Of a DNA stretch of 64,000 bases, positions 39,157 through 48,997 are shown piece by piece. Each line of letters opens with the position of its first letter. Position 1 is the first letter of the stretch. Under the pieces are notes generated by a model, which had not been told where the DNA came from, did no database searches, and worked only from the letters and a program-made list of their open reading frames with translations. Origin of the DNA: Dehalococcoidia bacterium. GTDB lineage: Bacteria > Chloroflexota > Dehalococcoidia > DSTF01 > WHTK01. The translations under genes were made by a program, and so were the position numbers. The stretch covers positions 448,819 to 512,818 of the forward strand of contig CBDCMQ010000003.1 in NCBI GenBank assembly GCA_965219205.1. The letters are read 5' to 3'.

Positions 39157-39958
39157 CCAGGTTCACAATTTGCAGATTAACCGGCTAAGTTATGGTCCAA
39201 AGCCGGACCAGTATGGGGACCTCTGGCTGCCCGAGGGGCCTGGACCGTTCCCGGTAGTGGTGAACCTACACGGCGGCTACTGGCGCGAACGGTTCGCCAT
39301 GGTTCGGGAGGACGCGCGGCTGACAAGCTTGGTGGAGCAAGGCTTCGCCGGCTGGAATATCGAGTTCCGCAGATCCAACGTTTCCGCAGGCCGGGCCGCC
39401 TGGCCCGACATCCTTTGGGATGTGGCGGGCGGCATCGACTTCCTTGCCGAGTTATCCGGGAATCATGATCTCGACCTCAATAGGGTCGTATTTGCCGGTT
39501 ATTCAGCGGGCGGCCAGCTCGCCCTGTGGGCGGCGGCGCGCTCTCAGTTTGAACCGGGCGCCGTTGGCGCGGAGCCCAGGGTTTTGCCGATTGGTGCCGT
39601 TGGTTTGGCCGGTGTCACCGACATGGTGGGGCTAGACGAGGGCCATTGGGGTGAGGATGCCGTAGCTGAGTTTTTTTACGGCGTTCCGGACTACGCCGTC
39701 CACCGGGAAGAGTGCTCACCACTGGCATTGCTTCCCTTGAGCATCCCCCAGCTCTTTGTTCACGGTGACCAGGACGAGCGGGTACCGCTGGAACACACGC
39801 TTGCCTATGAGGCGAAGGCGCGAGAAATGGGAGATCAGGTGACGATGCTCGTCTTGCCGGGTGTCAGCCATTTCACTTTTCCGGATACGGAATCGTCAGT
39901 GTGGCGCTTTGTTTCCGATTGGATTCACCAGTTGGTTGCAACCGAAAAGCCCATCTAG
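39110..39958 (+). CDS. Alpha/beta hydrolase (esterase/lipase-like)
   Basis: HGGYW provides the oxyanion region and GYSAGGQLA the nucleophile elbow. HGDQDERVP is also present. The start is uncertain: ATG 39110 overlaps the upstream gene by 47 nt, and TTG 39170 is an alternative. Confidence 0.8.
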   Translation: MSLIRTSASLFGSPASQVHNLQINRLSYGPKPDQYGDLWLPEGPGPFPVVVNLHGGYWRERFAMVREDARLTSLVEQGFAGWNIEFRRSNVSAGRAAWPDILWDVAGGIDFLAELSGNHDLDLNRVVFAGYSAGGQLALWAAARSQFEPGAVGAEPRVLPIGAVGLAGVTDMVGLDEGHWGEDAVAEFFYGVPDYAVHREECSPLALLPLSIPQLFVHGDQDERVPLEHTLAYEAKAREMGDQVTMLVLPGVSHFTFPDTESSVWRFVSDWIHQLVATEKPI

Positions 39959-39981
39959 CCGGTCCGTGGGGATCACGCACC

Positions 39982-40141
39982 GCCATTGCCAGTATTCCTA
40001 TGCCCGCTGCAACAGCGAAAATAACGCTGCTGACGCTCCTGGGCGCGGGCGGAGCCCGTAAACTCCGAAGGAAAGAAACGCCTCATACGCACCCGGCAAG
40101 GCGCACCGCCATTGCCGGTATTCTAAAAATAAGAGGCCTAA
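39982..40141 (+). promoter_or_regulatory. Second copy of the leader element, upstream of the ACMSD-like gene, with architecture B-A-B
   Basis: 39982-40043 aligns with 37968-38029 at 51 of 62 positions. The terminal hairpin is CCGGCAAGGCG(40093-40103)/CGCCATTGCCGG(40107-40118). It is followed by TATTCTAAAAATAAGAGG and the ATG at 40142. Confidence 0.5.
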
Positions 40142-41152
40142 ATGCTGATCGACATGCATGCCCACGTGGTTCCGGAGAACTTTCCCGTCCGAGCTGAGAA
40201 TGCGCAGTGGCCCACCATGGACCATTTCGAGGCTGGGCGAGCCAAGGTAATGATCGGCGGCGAGGTTTACCGGACCATCCACTCGGGCAACTGGGATTAC
40301 GAACGCCGGCTTCGTGATATGGAAAGGTCGGGGGTGGACGCGGAAGTAATCTCGCCGATGCCGGAGCTTCTCGCGTATTGGTATGACGAGGACGATGGCC
40401 TGGAATTTTGCCGACACCTGAACACTTTCATTCGCGGTCTGTGTGATTCAGCGCCCGAACGATTCTGGGGCTTGGGCGCAGTGCCTCTGCAGAGTCCAGA
40501 ACTGGCGACAAAAGAGCTGTCAGCCATCAAGGCGCTCGGATTGGCTGGCGTAGAGTTGGGAACCCACGTCAATGGTCGTTCCTTGGGGATGCCGGAGTTT
40601 CAAGAGTTTTTCTCGGAGGCAGAGCGGCTGGGACTATCAGTCTTTGTGCATGCCTTGCGGCCGACCATGCGAGACCGTTTTCCCACTGGCTCGATCACTA
40701 ATCCGATTGGGTTTCCAATCGAAAACGGGGTGGCGATCGCCAGCCTGATCAGCGGCGGCATCGCCGAGGCCTGCCCGGATTTGCGTTTAGCCTTTAGTCA
40801 TGGCGGTGGGGCCTTCCCCTTCATGCTGCCGCGCTACTCACATGCCTACGATGGTGAGTGGAACGAGGAGAAGCAGAAAAGGTCACCAGCGGCGGCAAAC
40901 AGACCGGGACTTGCAAGGCCACCAGCCGAATACGCGCGCCGGTTCTATTACGATACCCTCATCTTCGATCATCGAGCGATCCAGTATTTGATTGACATGA
41001 TTGGCCCGACTCAACTCATGATTGGCACCGACTACCCCTACATGGAGAGGGAAGAGCCGGTTGGCCGGACTCTGCGTTCTATGGGTTTGGCTGAGGAGCT
41101 CGTAGAGGATATTTGCTCGAGGAATTGCCTGCGGTTCCTCGGCCTGGAATAG
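40142..41152 (+). CDS. Amidohydrolase_2 family protein (ACMSD / LigW-type metal-dependent decarboxylase-like)
   Basis: MLIDMHAHVVPENFP is the signature N-terminus. The length is 336 aa. Confidence 0.8.
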   Translation: MLIDMHAHVVPENFPVRAENAQWPTMDHFEAGRAKVMIGGEVYRTIHSGNWDYERRLRDMERSGVDAEVISPMPELLAYWYDEDDGLEFCRHLNTFIRGLCDSAPERFWGLGAVPLQSPELATKELSAIKALGLAGVELGTHVNGRSLGMPEFQEFFSEAERLGLSVFVHALRPTMRDRFPTGSITNPIGFPIENGVAIASLISGGIAEACPDLRLAFSHGGGAFPFMLPRYSHAYDGEWNEEKQKRSPAAANRPGLARPPAEYARRFYYDTLIFDHRAIQYLIDMIGPTQLMIGTDYPYMEREEPVGRTLRSMGLAEELVEDICSRNCLRFLGLE

Positions 41153-41165
41153 CAAGGAGCTGACG

Positions 41166-42662
41166 ATGGACTCCAAACCGGCCCGAATCGCCGTGCTGCA
41201 CTTCTCCCATGAGACCGTCACCTTCCTAAAAGACGACACCACTATCGACGATTTCATCTACGAAGGATCGCCGGCCAGCGGTGAGGCGCTGCTCAAGCAT
41301 GACCCCACGGGCTACATGGGCGGCTTCGTCAAGCTGGCGCGCGAGTTTGAAGGGATTGAGCTGGTTGGCATCGAGTCGCCGCTTGATTCCAAGCGGGGCA
41401 CGGGCTCCGGTTGGATCACGGAGGAGGCATTCGAGCTGTTTGTTGGCAAGATGATTTCTGAGATCAGGGCTCATGGCCATTTCGATGGAGCGTTTCTGGC
41501 GTTGCATGGCGCCATGGGTGTCCGCGGCGTGCCTCGGCCCGAGGCAGAGATTGCCCGGCGTGTAGGAGAAGTCATTGGTCCGGACGCGTTCATAGCCGCT
41601 ACGTTCGACCCCCACGGCAACGAAGACGAGCAGTTCCTACGCCACGCGGACATGGCCTTCACCGTGAAGTACTACCCCCACTACGATAGTTATCTACAGG
41701 GGGAACGCGCTGCTCGGACTCTGATCCGGGCCATTCGCGGCGATTATAAGCCGGCTCACGTCACCCTCAAAGTGCCGATCATTACGCCGACCGTCGTGCA
41801 ATGGACCGGTGCATCTCCCTGGATGGATATGATCCAGCGGGCCCTGACGTGGGAAGCACGTGAGGCAGACGTTTATGTCAACTTCTTCTTTGGTTTTCCC
41901 TGGTCTGATGTTCCCGATGTCGGCATCACCTTTCAAGTCCTGACCAACGACGACCCTGAGCTCGCGTTAAAGATCGGCGAAGACATGGCAAACACCGCCT
42001 GGCGCAAGCGCGAAGCCCTGACTTCATCGGCCGCAGTCTTTCGGGTTGACGAGGGTGTCCGCATGGCCAGCCAGGCGGTAGAGAGGGGCGAGACACCGGT
42101 GGTGTTAGCCGATCACAGCGATCGTTCTGGCTATGCGACCTGGGTCCTGCAAGAAGTAATCAAACAGGACCTGTCGAAGACCCTGATCGCTACGGTCGCA
42201 GACGCGAAGGCTATCGAAGTCCTAACTGATAAAGGCGTCAAGGCCGGCGATCCGTTCGAGATGGAGGTCGGCGGCAGGATCGAGGATTCTGCTGGGGACG
42301 CGGTATGCATCCAGGGTGAGGTTATCAGTGTCGGTGATATCACCAGGCGCGGTGCGAGTCAGCTATCGGTGAACGTAAAGTTTGGGCGGGACAACGTGCT
42401 GGTAATCAGCCCTTATCTTTCCCAGATTATCGAACCGTCGGCCTTGGAGTCTCTTGGACTCAACCCAGACGATTTCGACGTGATAGTCCTCAAATCTCGA
42501 GTCCACTTTCGGCGCGGCTTTGACGATAGCGGATTCGCCAAGGCAATCATCGTGGTCGAACCCGATGAACCCTTCCTGGGGACCTTGCGTCTCGATGGCC
42601 TCGAATATCAGAAGGTCGACCTCAAGCAGTATTACCCCTACGGCGATCCTGTTTACCCTTAA
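41166..42662 (+). CDS. M81 family metallopeptidase (MlrC-like)
   Basis: RIAVLHFSHETVTF is at the N-terminus. The length of 498 aa is typical for MlrC-type proteins. Confidence 0.75.
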   Translation: MDSKPARIAVLHFSHETVTFLKDDTTIDDFIYEGSPASGEALLKHDPTGYMGGFVKLAREFEGIELVGIESPLDSKRGTGSGWITEEAFELFVGKMISEIRAHGHFDGAFLALHGAMGVRGVPRPEAEIARRVGEVIGPDAFIAATFDPHGNEDEQFLRHADMAFTVKYYPHYDSYLQGERAARTLIRAIRGDYKPAHVTLKVPIITPTVVQWTGASPWMDMIQRALTWEAREADVYVNFFFGFPWSDVPDVGITFQVLTNDDPELALKIGEDMANTAWRKREALTSSAAVFRVDEGVRMASQAVERGETPVVLADHSDRSGYATWVLQEVIKQDLSKTLIATVADAKAIEVLTDKGVKAGDPFEMEVGGRIEDSAGDAVCIQGEVISVGDITRRGASQLSVNVKFGRDNVLVISPYLSQIIEPSALESLGLNPDDFDVIVLKSRVHFRRGFDDSGFAKAIIVVEPDEPFLGTLRLDGLEYQKVDLKQYYPYGDPVYP

Positions 42663-42695
42663 GCACCATCATCGATTTTAGACGAGAGGAAGACC

Positions 42696-43859
42696 ATGAC
42701 CAGCCACAAAAGCATCGCTGAATTCGAAGTTGGCTATGACATACCGGCGGCGATCGGCATGGATGAGGCTGAAATCCAGACGCCTTGCCTGATCCTCGAT
42801 CTCGATGCTTTGGAGCGAAACATCACGAAGATGGGCGACTTCGCCACAGAGATGGGTGTCCGCCACCGCGTGCACGGCAAAATGCACAAGTCTGTGGATG
42901 TCGCCAAGTTGCAGGAAAAACTCGGCGGCTCGGCCGGCGTCTGCTGCCAGAAGGTCAGCGAGGCGGAAGCCTTTGCCCGAGGTGGCATCACGGACGTGCT
43001 GGTCACAAACCAGGTGACAGACCCGGTGAAGATCGATCGCCTCGCCCGCATCCCGAAGCTCGGCGCCCGAACTACCGTTTGTATCGACGACGTGGCCAAC
43101 GTCGCCGACTTTAGCGACGCCGCTCAGAAGCATGGAACCACGATCGAATGCCTGGTCGAGATCGACTGTGGGGGCGGCCGCTGCGGAGTGACGACAACCG
43201 CGGCGGTGGTCGAAATCGCCCAGGTGATCGATGCAGCGCCAGGGCTGAAGTTCAGCGGGCTCCAAGCCTATCAAGGTTCCATGCAGCATCTCGAGAACTA
43301 CGAGGACCGCAAGGCGAAGTTCGAGATTTCGCTCGCGGTGGTCGAGGACGCGGTAGCTGAGTTAAAGGCTGAGGGACTGGAGTGCGAGCTCGTAAGCGGT
43401 GGCGGCACCGGCAGCTACTATTTCGAGGGCGGCTCAGGAGTCTACAACGAACTGCAGTGCGGTTCGTACGCCTTTATGGACGCCGCCTATGGCCGTGTTC
43501 TTGATAAGGATGGCGGTCGCCTGGACCAGGGCGAGTTTGAGAATGCCCTCTTCATCCTCACGGGCATCATGAGCCACGTGAAGCCGGACTTGGCGATCTG
43601 TGACGCCGGACTGAAAGTGCAGTCCGTGGACTCAGGCTTGCCGGTGGTTTATGGCCGGACGGATGTGAAATACGTGAAGTGCGCTGACGAGCACGGCGTG
43701 ATCGAGGACCAAAGCGGTGTGCTGAAGGTCAACGAGAAGCTACGGCTGGTGCCGGGGCACTGCGACCCAACCTGCAACCTGCATGACTGGTACGTCGGCG
43801 TGAGAAACGGCGCGGTCGAGACTCTCTGGCCGGTAACCGCCCGCGGCAAGGCCTTTTGA
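42696..43859 (+). CDS. DSD1-family PLP enzyme (D-serine dehydratase / D-threonine aldolase-like, alanine racemase N-terminal fold)
   Basis: TPCLILDLDALERNI, KMHKS (the Lys for PLP) and PGHCDPT at the C-terminus are present. Confidence 0.75.
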   Translation: MTSHKSIAEFEVGYDIPAAIGMDEAEIQTPCLILDLDALERNITKMGDFATEMGVRHRVHGKMHKSVDVAKLQEKLGGSAGVCCQKVSEAEAFARGGITDVLVTNQVTDPVKIDRLARIPKLGARTTVCIDDVANVADFSDAAQKHGTTIECLVEIDCGGGRCGVTTTAAVVEIAQVIDAAPGLKFSGLQAYQGSMQHLENYEDRKAKFEISLAVVEDAVAELKAEGLECELVSGGGTGSYYFEGGSGVYNELQCGSYAFMDAAYGRVLDKDGGRLDQGEFENALFILTGIMSHVKPDLAICDAGLKVQSVDSGLPVVYGRTDVKYVKCADEHGVIEDQSGVLKVNEKLRLVPGHCDPTCNLHDWYVGVRNGAVETLWPVTARGKAF

Positions 43860-43903
43860 GGCCCTTGCGGGCCGGGCAACCTGAATGGGCGAGTCTCCTA
43901 GTT

Positions 43904-45988
43904 CTACTTGAGGTCGATGATTAGATTGCCGGCGCGGTCGCGGAGAACTGATGCTTCCTCCGGCACCAGCAGTGTCGATGAGGCGTCTTCGATTATGAGG
44001 GGTCCCGGGCGGGTCTCATCAACTTTGAGGCTTTCCCGAGAAAGAACCTTCACGGTTCCAGACCCGCCGCTTTTACCGGTCCGTACTTCACGAGAATCGA
44101 TTGCGACCTCCCAGACTTCTTTTCTCGGGCCATCGAGTGTCAAGGGTCGCTCCATCAGTTGCTCTACGGCGGCTACGCGGAGGTTGATCAACTCGATTTC
44201 TGCTACGGGTGGGACTTGCCCAAAGACTTGCGTGTAAGCCGACTGGAATGCGCTATTGATACTTTCCGGAGTCGTTTGGTCGAAGGGACCGTCGGGGAGG
44301 CGTGTGATGATCTCAAATCCCTGGCCGGCGAATCTGATGTCGGCCCGGCGTTCGAAGGCGTATTCAGCGCCGGGAGTAAGCGTGTCTTGCATGACGGTCG
44401 AGGCATCTTCCTCCAATGCTTGGAATGCCGCTTCAAGCTCCTCTGGACTGGTCTGCCCTAACTGACGGGCAATCGTCGACGACCGGTCAACTCTCGCCGG
44501 CGCTACGAGGAGCCCCAGCGCGGACGCAACACCAGCATCTGGTGGGCAAATTACTCGCGTTATTCCCAGCCGGCGAGCCACGTCGCAGCCATGAAGGGGT
44601 CCGCCTCCGCCGGTCACGACAAGCGCGAAATCGGATGCATCATAGCCTCGGTCGGCTCCGTGAACTCGCGCCGCGGCGGCCATGTTCTCATTGACTATCG
44701 CGAGCACGCCGTCGGCAACCTGCTCTCTTGGCATTCTCAGGGCGTCAACTATTGCTTCGATAGATTCTGACGCCGCGTCACGGCTCAGCTTCATCGTGCC
44801 ACCGGCGAAGGTTTCGGGATCCAGGCGGCCCAAGAGGAGGTTGGCATCGGTGACGGTGGGATCTTTTCCACCGCGCAGGTAGCAGGCGGGGCCGGGCTCG
44901 GAACCAGCGCTGCGTGGCCCTACCTTGAGAAGTTTCAGGCTGTCGAGATGGGCAATACTTCCACCGCCGGCACCGATCTCGAGGAGCTCAACTGTCGAAA
45001 TATTGATTGGCATACCGCTGCCGGTGGCGAAGCGCCTCTCCCGCCCAGCCTCAATTTGATGGGCGATAAGTGGCTGGTGTCCTTCGACGATGCTCAACTT
45101 GGCCGTGGTACCGCCCATGTCAAAGGCTAGGACATCGGAAATCTGCGAGCGCTTACTGAAGTAACCAGCCGCGATGGCTCCCGCCGCTGGCCCGGATTCC
45201 AGAAGCTGGATCGGAACGCGGCGCGCTTCACCCAGGTGTGTGAGGCCGCCGTTGGAGAGCATCATGAGGAGGGGACAGCCAATGCCCAAGCCTCTCAGCA
45301 TTTGCTCCAGGCTTTCGAGGTACTTATCGGCGAGTGGCCGAATGTAGGCATTGGCGGCAGTTGTTGAGGTGCGTTCGTACTCACGAATCTGTGGTGAAAC
45401 GTCGCTAGAGATTGAAACGTAAAGTTGAGGGAGGTGCCGCTCAATTAACCCCTGCGCCTCGAGCTCATTCTGCGGATTCGCATAGGCGTGTAAGAAGACA
45501 ACGGCGACGGACTCGACTCCTCGATCAACGAGCCCTCGACAAGCCTGGAGAAGACCATCGCCATCTAGCGGTTGCTCGATGGTTCCATCGGCCCTCACCC
45601 GTTCGTTCACTTCGGCCCTAAGGGCACGGGGAATCAGAGGTTGCGGGATTTCAATGAACAGATCATAGAGATCGTATTTGTGCTCGCGACGCATCTCCAA
45701 CGTATCGCTAAAGCCTTGAGTGGTCACGAGGCCGGTGGGCGCTCCCTGGCGTTCGATCAAGGCATTGGCAAAGAGCGTGGTGGCATGGACAACCCGCGTT
45801 ATCGCGCCGGCTGATACTTGCTCTCGTTCGAGAAGGGTACGAACTCCGCTGATGGCGCCGATCGTCGGGTCGTCCGGTGTTGTCAGTTCTTTGTGGCTGA
45901 AGACGTATGCCTGTTCATGGTTGTAGAGGACGATATCAGTGAAGGTTCCACCAATATCAATCCCGAGGGAGTAGGTGTCTTTCGTCAA
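43904..45988 (-). CDS. hyuA: Hydantoinase/oxoprolinase A subunit
   Basis: SLGIDIGGTFTDIV is at the N-terminus and the length is 694 aa. The TTG start overlaps the hyuB stop (TTGA). Confidence 0.9.
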   Translation of the reverse strand: MTKDTYSLGIDIGGTFTDIVLYNHEQAYVFSHKELTTPDDPTIGAISGVRTLLEREQVSAGAITRVVHATTLFANALIERQGAPTGLVTTQGFSDTLEMRREHKYDLYDLFIEIPQPLIPRALRAEVNERVRADGTIEQPLDGDGLLQACRGLVDRGVESVAVVFLHAYANPQNELEAQGLIERHLPQLYVSISSDVSPQIREYERTSTTAANAYIRPLADKYLESLEQMLRGLGIGCPLLMMLSNGGLTHLGEARRVPIQLLESGPAAGAIAAGYFSKRSQISDVLAFDMGGTTAKLSIVEGHQPLIAHQIEAGRERRFATGSGMPINISTVELLEIGAGGGSIAHLDSLKLLKVGPRSAGSEPGPACYLRGGKDPTVTDANLLLGRLDPETFAGGTMKLSRDAASESIEAIVDALRMPREQVADGVLAIVNENMAAAARVHGADRGYDASDFALVVTGGGGPLHGCDVARRLGITRVICPPDAGVASALGLLVAPARVDRSSTIARQLGQTSPEELEAAFQALEEDASTVMQDTLTPGAEYAFERRADIRFAGQGFEIITRLPDGPFDQTTPESINSAFQSAYTQVFGQVPPVAEIELINLRVAAVEQLMERPLTLDGPRKEVWEVAIDSREVRTGKSGGSGTVKVLSRESLKVDETRPGPLIIEDASSTLLVPEEASVLRDRAGNLIIDLK

Positions 45989-47649
45989 GATATGTGGCCG
46001 TTGATTCGGTCCTGGTCTACCAACTCGGTAAGTCGATCCTTTGGATCGCCGTAGCCGCCCCCTCCGGGAGTGCGGAGGAGCACGGTAGTTCCTTTTTTCA
46101 CGGCATGTTGGGTTTTCGGGTTGACCGGCGCGTCGTCGATCAGGATTTCGCCGGGGGCGCCCGGCAGTCCGTCGTTTATTCCTGGTGCCGCCGCTTCGGG
46201 CCGAGTGCGTTCGGCCATGAAGGACATGGTGGAGGGTCCATCATTGAGATTCTCCAAAAGCATCTCTTGGCCGCTGCCGCCACGCCGGGCACCGTTGGCT
46301 TCGGCGAGGGGCCTGAACTTCCGAAAATGGACCTTCAGGGGGGCGATCTGTTCTATGACTTCCACCGGCGTGGAAGAGATATTGCTCGGCCATGACAAGA
46401 CGTTGAAGCCGTCCCGCTGGGCGCTGGCCCCATAACCCCCGTTGAGGAAAAACAGGTTGGCAAACGTCTTTCCGTCGCCTCTTACGCCGGCGATGTTCAC
46501 GCACCACAACGGGGAGCCAACGCCGGCGATTACTCCATCTGGCACGACCTTGGCCAGAGCATTCAGAACCATTGCCGGCAAGAAATGGCCAATCAGTGCA
46601 CGCGCACCGCCGGCCGCCGGCGGCACGGAGTTGAGAATCGAGCCCTCCGGGGCAATTATGTTCAGCGGCGCCAGAGTGCCGTCATTGTTTGGCACGTCAG
46701 GACAAAGTACAGCCTTTATTCCGTGGGACGTGTAGGCCGTTGTGTACGCCAAACACACATTAATAGAGCGCTGAACCTGCGGATCAGTGCCAGCATAATC
46801 AACTGTTATCTCATCGCCAGAGACATCGAGCGCCACCTGTAGCCGAATCGGCGCATCGATGCCGTCGCTGATCGCCTCGGCGCGATAGATCCCGTCGGGA
46901 AGCGCTGAGATGGCTTTTCGCATGGCGCCTTCACTTCGGGACCGCAGTTCGTGCGACAGAGTGGTTATCGAACTCAGTCCACGCTCCTGCATCAGGGTAA
47001 TAACCTGGCGTTCGATAAGGTGAAGGGCGCTAAATTGCGCGTACAGGTCACCAATCACCTGGTCCGGAACCCTTACATTCTTGCGGAGAAATTTCTCGAA
47101 GGTCTTGTCTATTTGGCCTCGTTCCAGCACTTTCATGACAGGTATTTGAAGACCTTCCTCAAAAACCTCCTTTGCGTCCGCCGAGCGGATTCGCCCACCG
47201 ATGTCAGGCGAGTGCGCGACAGATCCGGCGAACGCTACCAGTTGCCCTTGGAAAAAGATCGGCCTGGCGACCGTGATGTCGGGCAAGTGTCCGGTGCCAA
47301 GCCAAATGTCGTTAGTGATAAAGACGTCGCCCTCGCTCAAGCTCTTGGCCGGAAACTCCAGGAGAAAATAGCGAATCGTTCGGGGAGCCGTGCCGATAAA
47401 GGAAGGAATGCTGTTCGTCGCTTGGGCGACTGAATATCCCTCGGCGTCGGTGATCACGCAGGCAAAGTCGTTGGACTCACGCACGATCGATGAAAAAGAG
47501 GTTCGGACGAGGGCAGCCGCGGCTTCATCCACGATAGAAATCAGCCTGTGCCAAATCAGCTCCAGCGTAATTCCATCAATCGAAGCGGAGACCGGCCGTT
47601 CTTCGCCTTGATCCAAAACTTGAGCTTGGCGTTCGATGATTTTTTCCAT
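45985..47649 (-). CDS. hyuB: Hydantoinase B/oxoprolinase subunit
   Basis: DGITLELIWHRLISIVDEAAAALVRTSFS is typical of HyuB. The length is 554 aa. Confidence 0.9.
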   Translation of the reverse strand: MEKIIERQAQVLDQGEERPVSASIDGITLELIWHRLISIVDEAAAALVRTSFSSIVRESNDFACVITDAEGYSVAQATNSIPSFIGTAPRTIRYFLLEFPAKSLSEGDVFITNDIWLGTGHLPDITVARPIFFQGQLVAFAGSVAHSPDIGGRIRSADAKEVFEEGLQIPVMKVLERGQIDKTFEKFLRKNVRVPDQVIGDLYAQFSALHLIERQVITLMQERGLSSITTLSHELRSRSEGAMRKAISALPDGIYRAEAISDGIDAPIRLQVALDVSGDEITVDYAGTDPQVQRSINVCLAYTTAYTSHGIKAVLCPDVPNNDGTLAPLNIIAPEGSILNSVPPAAGGARALIGHFLPAMVLNALAKVVPDGVIAGVGSPLWCVNIAGVRGDGKTFANLFFLNGGYGASAQRDGFNVLSWPSNISSTPVEVIEQIAPLKVHFRKFRPLAEANGARRGGSGQEMLLENLNDGPSTMSFMAERTRPEAAAPGINDGLPGAPGEILIDDAPVNPKTQHAVKKGTTVLLRTPGGGGYGDPKDRLTELVDQDRINGHIS

Positions 47650-47743
47650 GGATTCAACCCTTCGGCAAATCGGAAGTCTGGACAGCGTTCATATAGGATA
47701 CAGCGGCGATTAACCCGCCGGTAGCTTGGGATAGACTTGCGCA

Positions 47744-48859
47744 ATGGACCTTATCATTCGCAACGCCCGCGTTGATGGCGCGCTAATCGACATCGCCATC
47801 GAGAACGGGAAGATCGCCGCCGTTGGCCCGGACCTCGCGGTCCAGGCCGAGACTTTCGATGCCGGAGGGCGGCTCACCTGTGCTGGCCTAGTCGAAAGCC
47901 ATATCCACATCGACAAGTCTCGCATTATCGATCGCTGTGAACCGCAGGAACGGAGCACTCTGAGCCCAGTGGTGGGCGTCGCACCACTCAAGCCAGCCAT
48001 GACAGTTGAGGATGTGCGCGAGCGTGCTGAGCGTACCCTCCAAGAATGTATTAAGAATGGCACCACGCGCATGCGCACGCAGCTCGAGGTCGATCCGGGA
48101 ATCGGCATGCGGGGCTACGACGCAGTCGAATCGCTGATCGAGGATTACCGCTGGGCGATCGAGGTTGAGATCTGTGTCTTTCCCCAAGAGGGCCTGACCA
48201 ACTACCCGGGTACCGACGAGCTCCTGGTTGAGGCCCTCGAGCGCGGGGCAAAAGTGGTGGGTGGCGCGCCGCGCTACGACAGCGACGGCGCGGCGCAGGT
48301 CGAACGGATCTTTGAGCTTGCGCGCGAGTACGACGTCGACATCGACATCCATCTCGCCGTTGGCCCCACTACCGATGGCATGTTTGTTCACCAGGTGCGC
48401 GATCTGACCGAAAAGTACAAGCGCGGCGGGCGCGTGGTCGTCGGCCACATGGCAAAGCTCTCCCTCATGCCACCGCCGGAGGCCGCCGCTCTCGCACGGA
48501 GCCTCGCGGACGTGGCAATCGCGGTCACGGTGCTGCCCGCGACCGACCTGTTCCTCATGGGTCGCGATCAGGACCACAGCGTGCGCCACGGCGTCGCGGA
48601 CGCCAACGTGCTGCAGCTCGACCGGCCCGAGCAGCTACAGGAATGCTTCAAGATGCTCAGCACGCGCTCGGCCAAGCTGTTGAATCTTAAAGATTACGGG
48701 CTGGAGGCCGGCAACCCGGCGGATGTCGTCATCTTGAACGCTGAGTCACCCGAGCAGGCGATCGCTGAGATTTCGCGCCCGCTGGCGATCTTCAAAGACG
48801 GCCGGCAGACGGTGCGCTGGACCGCGCCGGAGCTGCTGCGGCCATCTCGCTCGGCCTGA
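47744..48859 (+). CDS. Amidohydrolase (cytosine deaminase-like)
   Basis: The N-terminus is MDLIIRNARV...GKIAAVGPDL...GLVESHIHIDK. Confidence 0.8.
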   Translation: MDLIIRNARVDGALIDIAIENGKIAAVGPDLAVQAETFDAGGRLTCAGLVESHIHIDKSRIIDRCEPQERSTLSPVVGVAPLKPAMTVEDVRERAERTLQECIKNGTTRMRTQLEVDPGIGMRGYDAVESLIEDYRWAIEVEICVFPQEGLTNYPGTDELLVEALERGAKVVGGAPRYDSDGAAQVERIFELAREYDVDIDIHLAVGPTTDGMFVHQVRDLTEKYKRGGRVVVGHMAKLSLMPPPEAAALARSLADVAIAVTVLPATDLFLMGRDQDHSVRHGVADANVLQLDRPEQLQECFKMLSTRSAKLLNLKDYGLEAGNPADVVILNAESPEQAIAEISRPLAIFKDGRQTVRWTAPELLRPSRSA

Positions 48860-48860
48860 C
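48716..48860. repeat. Direct repeat copy 1, which is the functional 3' end of the amidohydrolase gene
   Basis: It aligns with 50161-50296 with about 11% substitutions, mostly at synonymous sites, plus a 9-nt indel. Confidence 0.9.
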
Positions 48861-48997
48861 ATCTAAACAAAGATTCGGAACTCGGTCAGGCCACTCGCCA
48901 CAACTTCCGGCGATCCTTGTCCAGACAAGACACGACACGGGTACAGGTCATGTCGCCAGACCGAGCGTTTTCCGGAAAATGTATAAGCTGCTAGGGT

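Noticed and set aside
3531-40141. The tandem repeats at 3531-3563, 37917-38075 and 39982-40125 were considered as a CRISPR array.
   Set aside because: They have only two or three copies, no regular repeat-spacer periodicity in the 28-37/30-40 nt range, and no cas genes.
37878-40197. Small ORFs 37878-38075 and 39901-40197 span the repeated leader elements. They encode similar peptides (...KITLPTLRG... and ...KITLLTLLG...).
   Set aside because: Differences between the two DNA copies fall mostly on first and second codon positions. There is no plausible RBS, and the ORFs run into or out of neighbouring genes. The conservation is better explained at the nucleotide or structure level.
43860-43873. 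GGCCC-ttgc-GGGCC between the convergent genes at 43859 and 43904 was considered as a bidirectional terminator.
   Set aside because: It has only a 5-bp stem and no flanking T or A tracts, which is not enough support.
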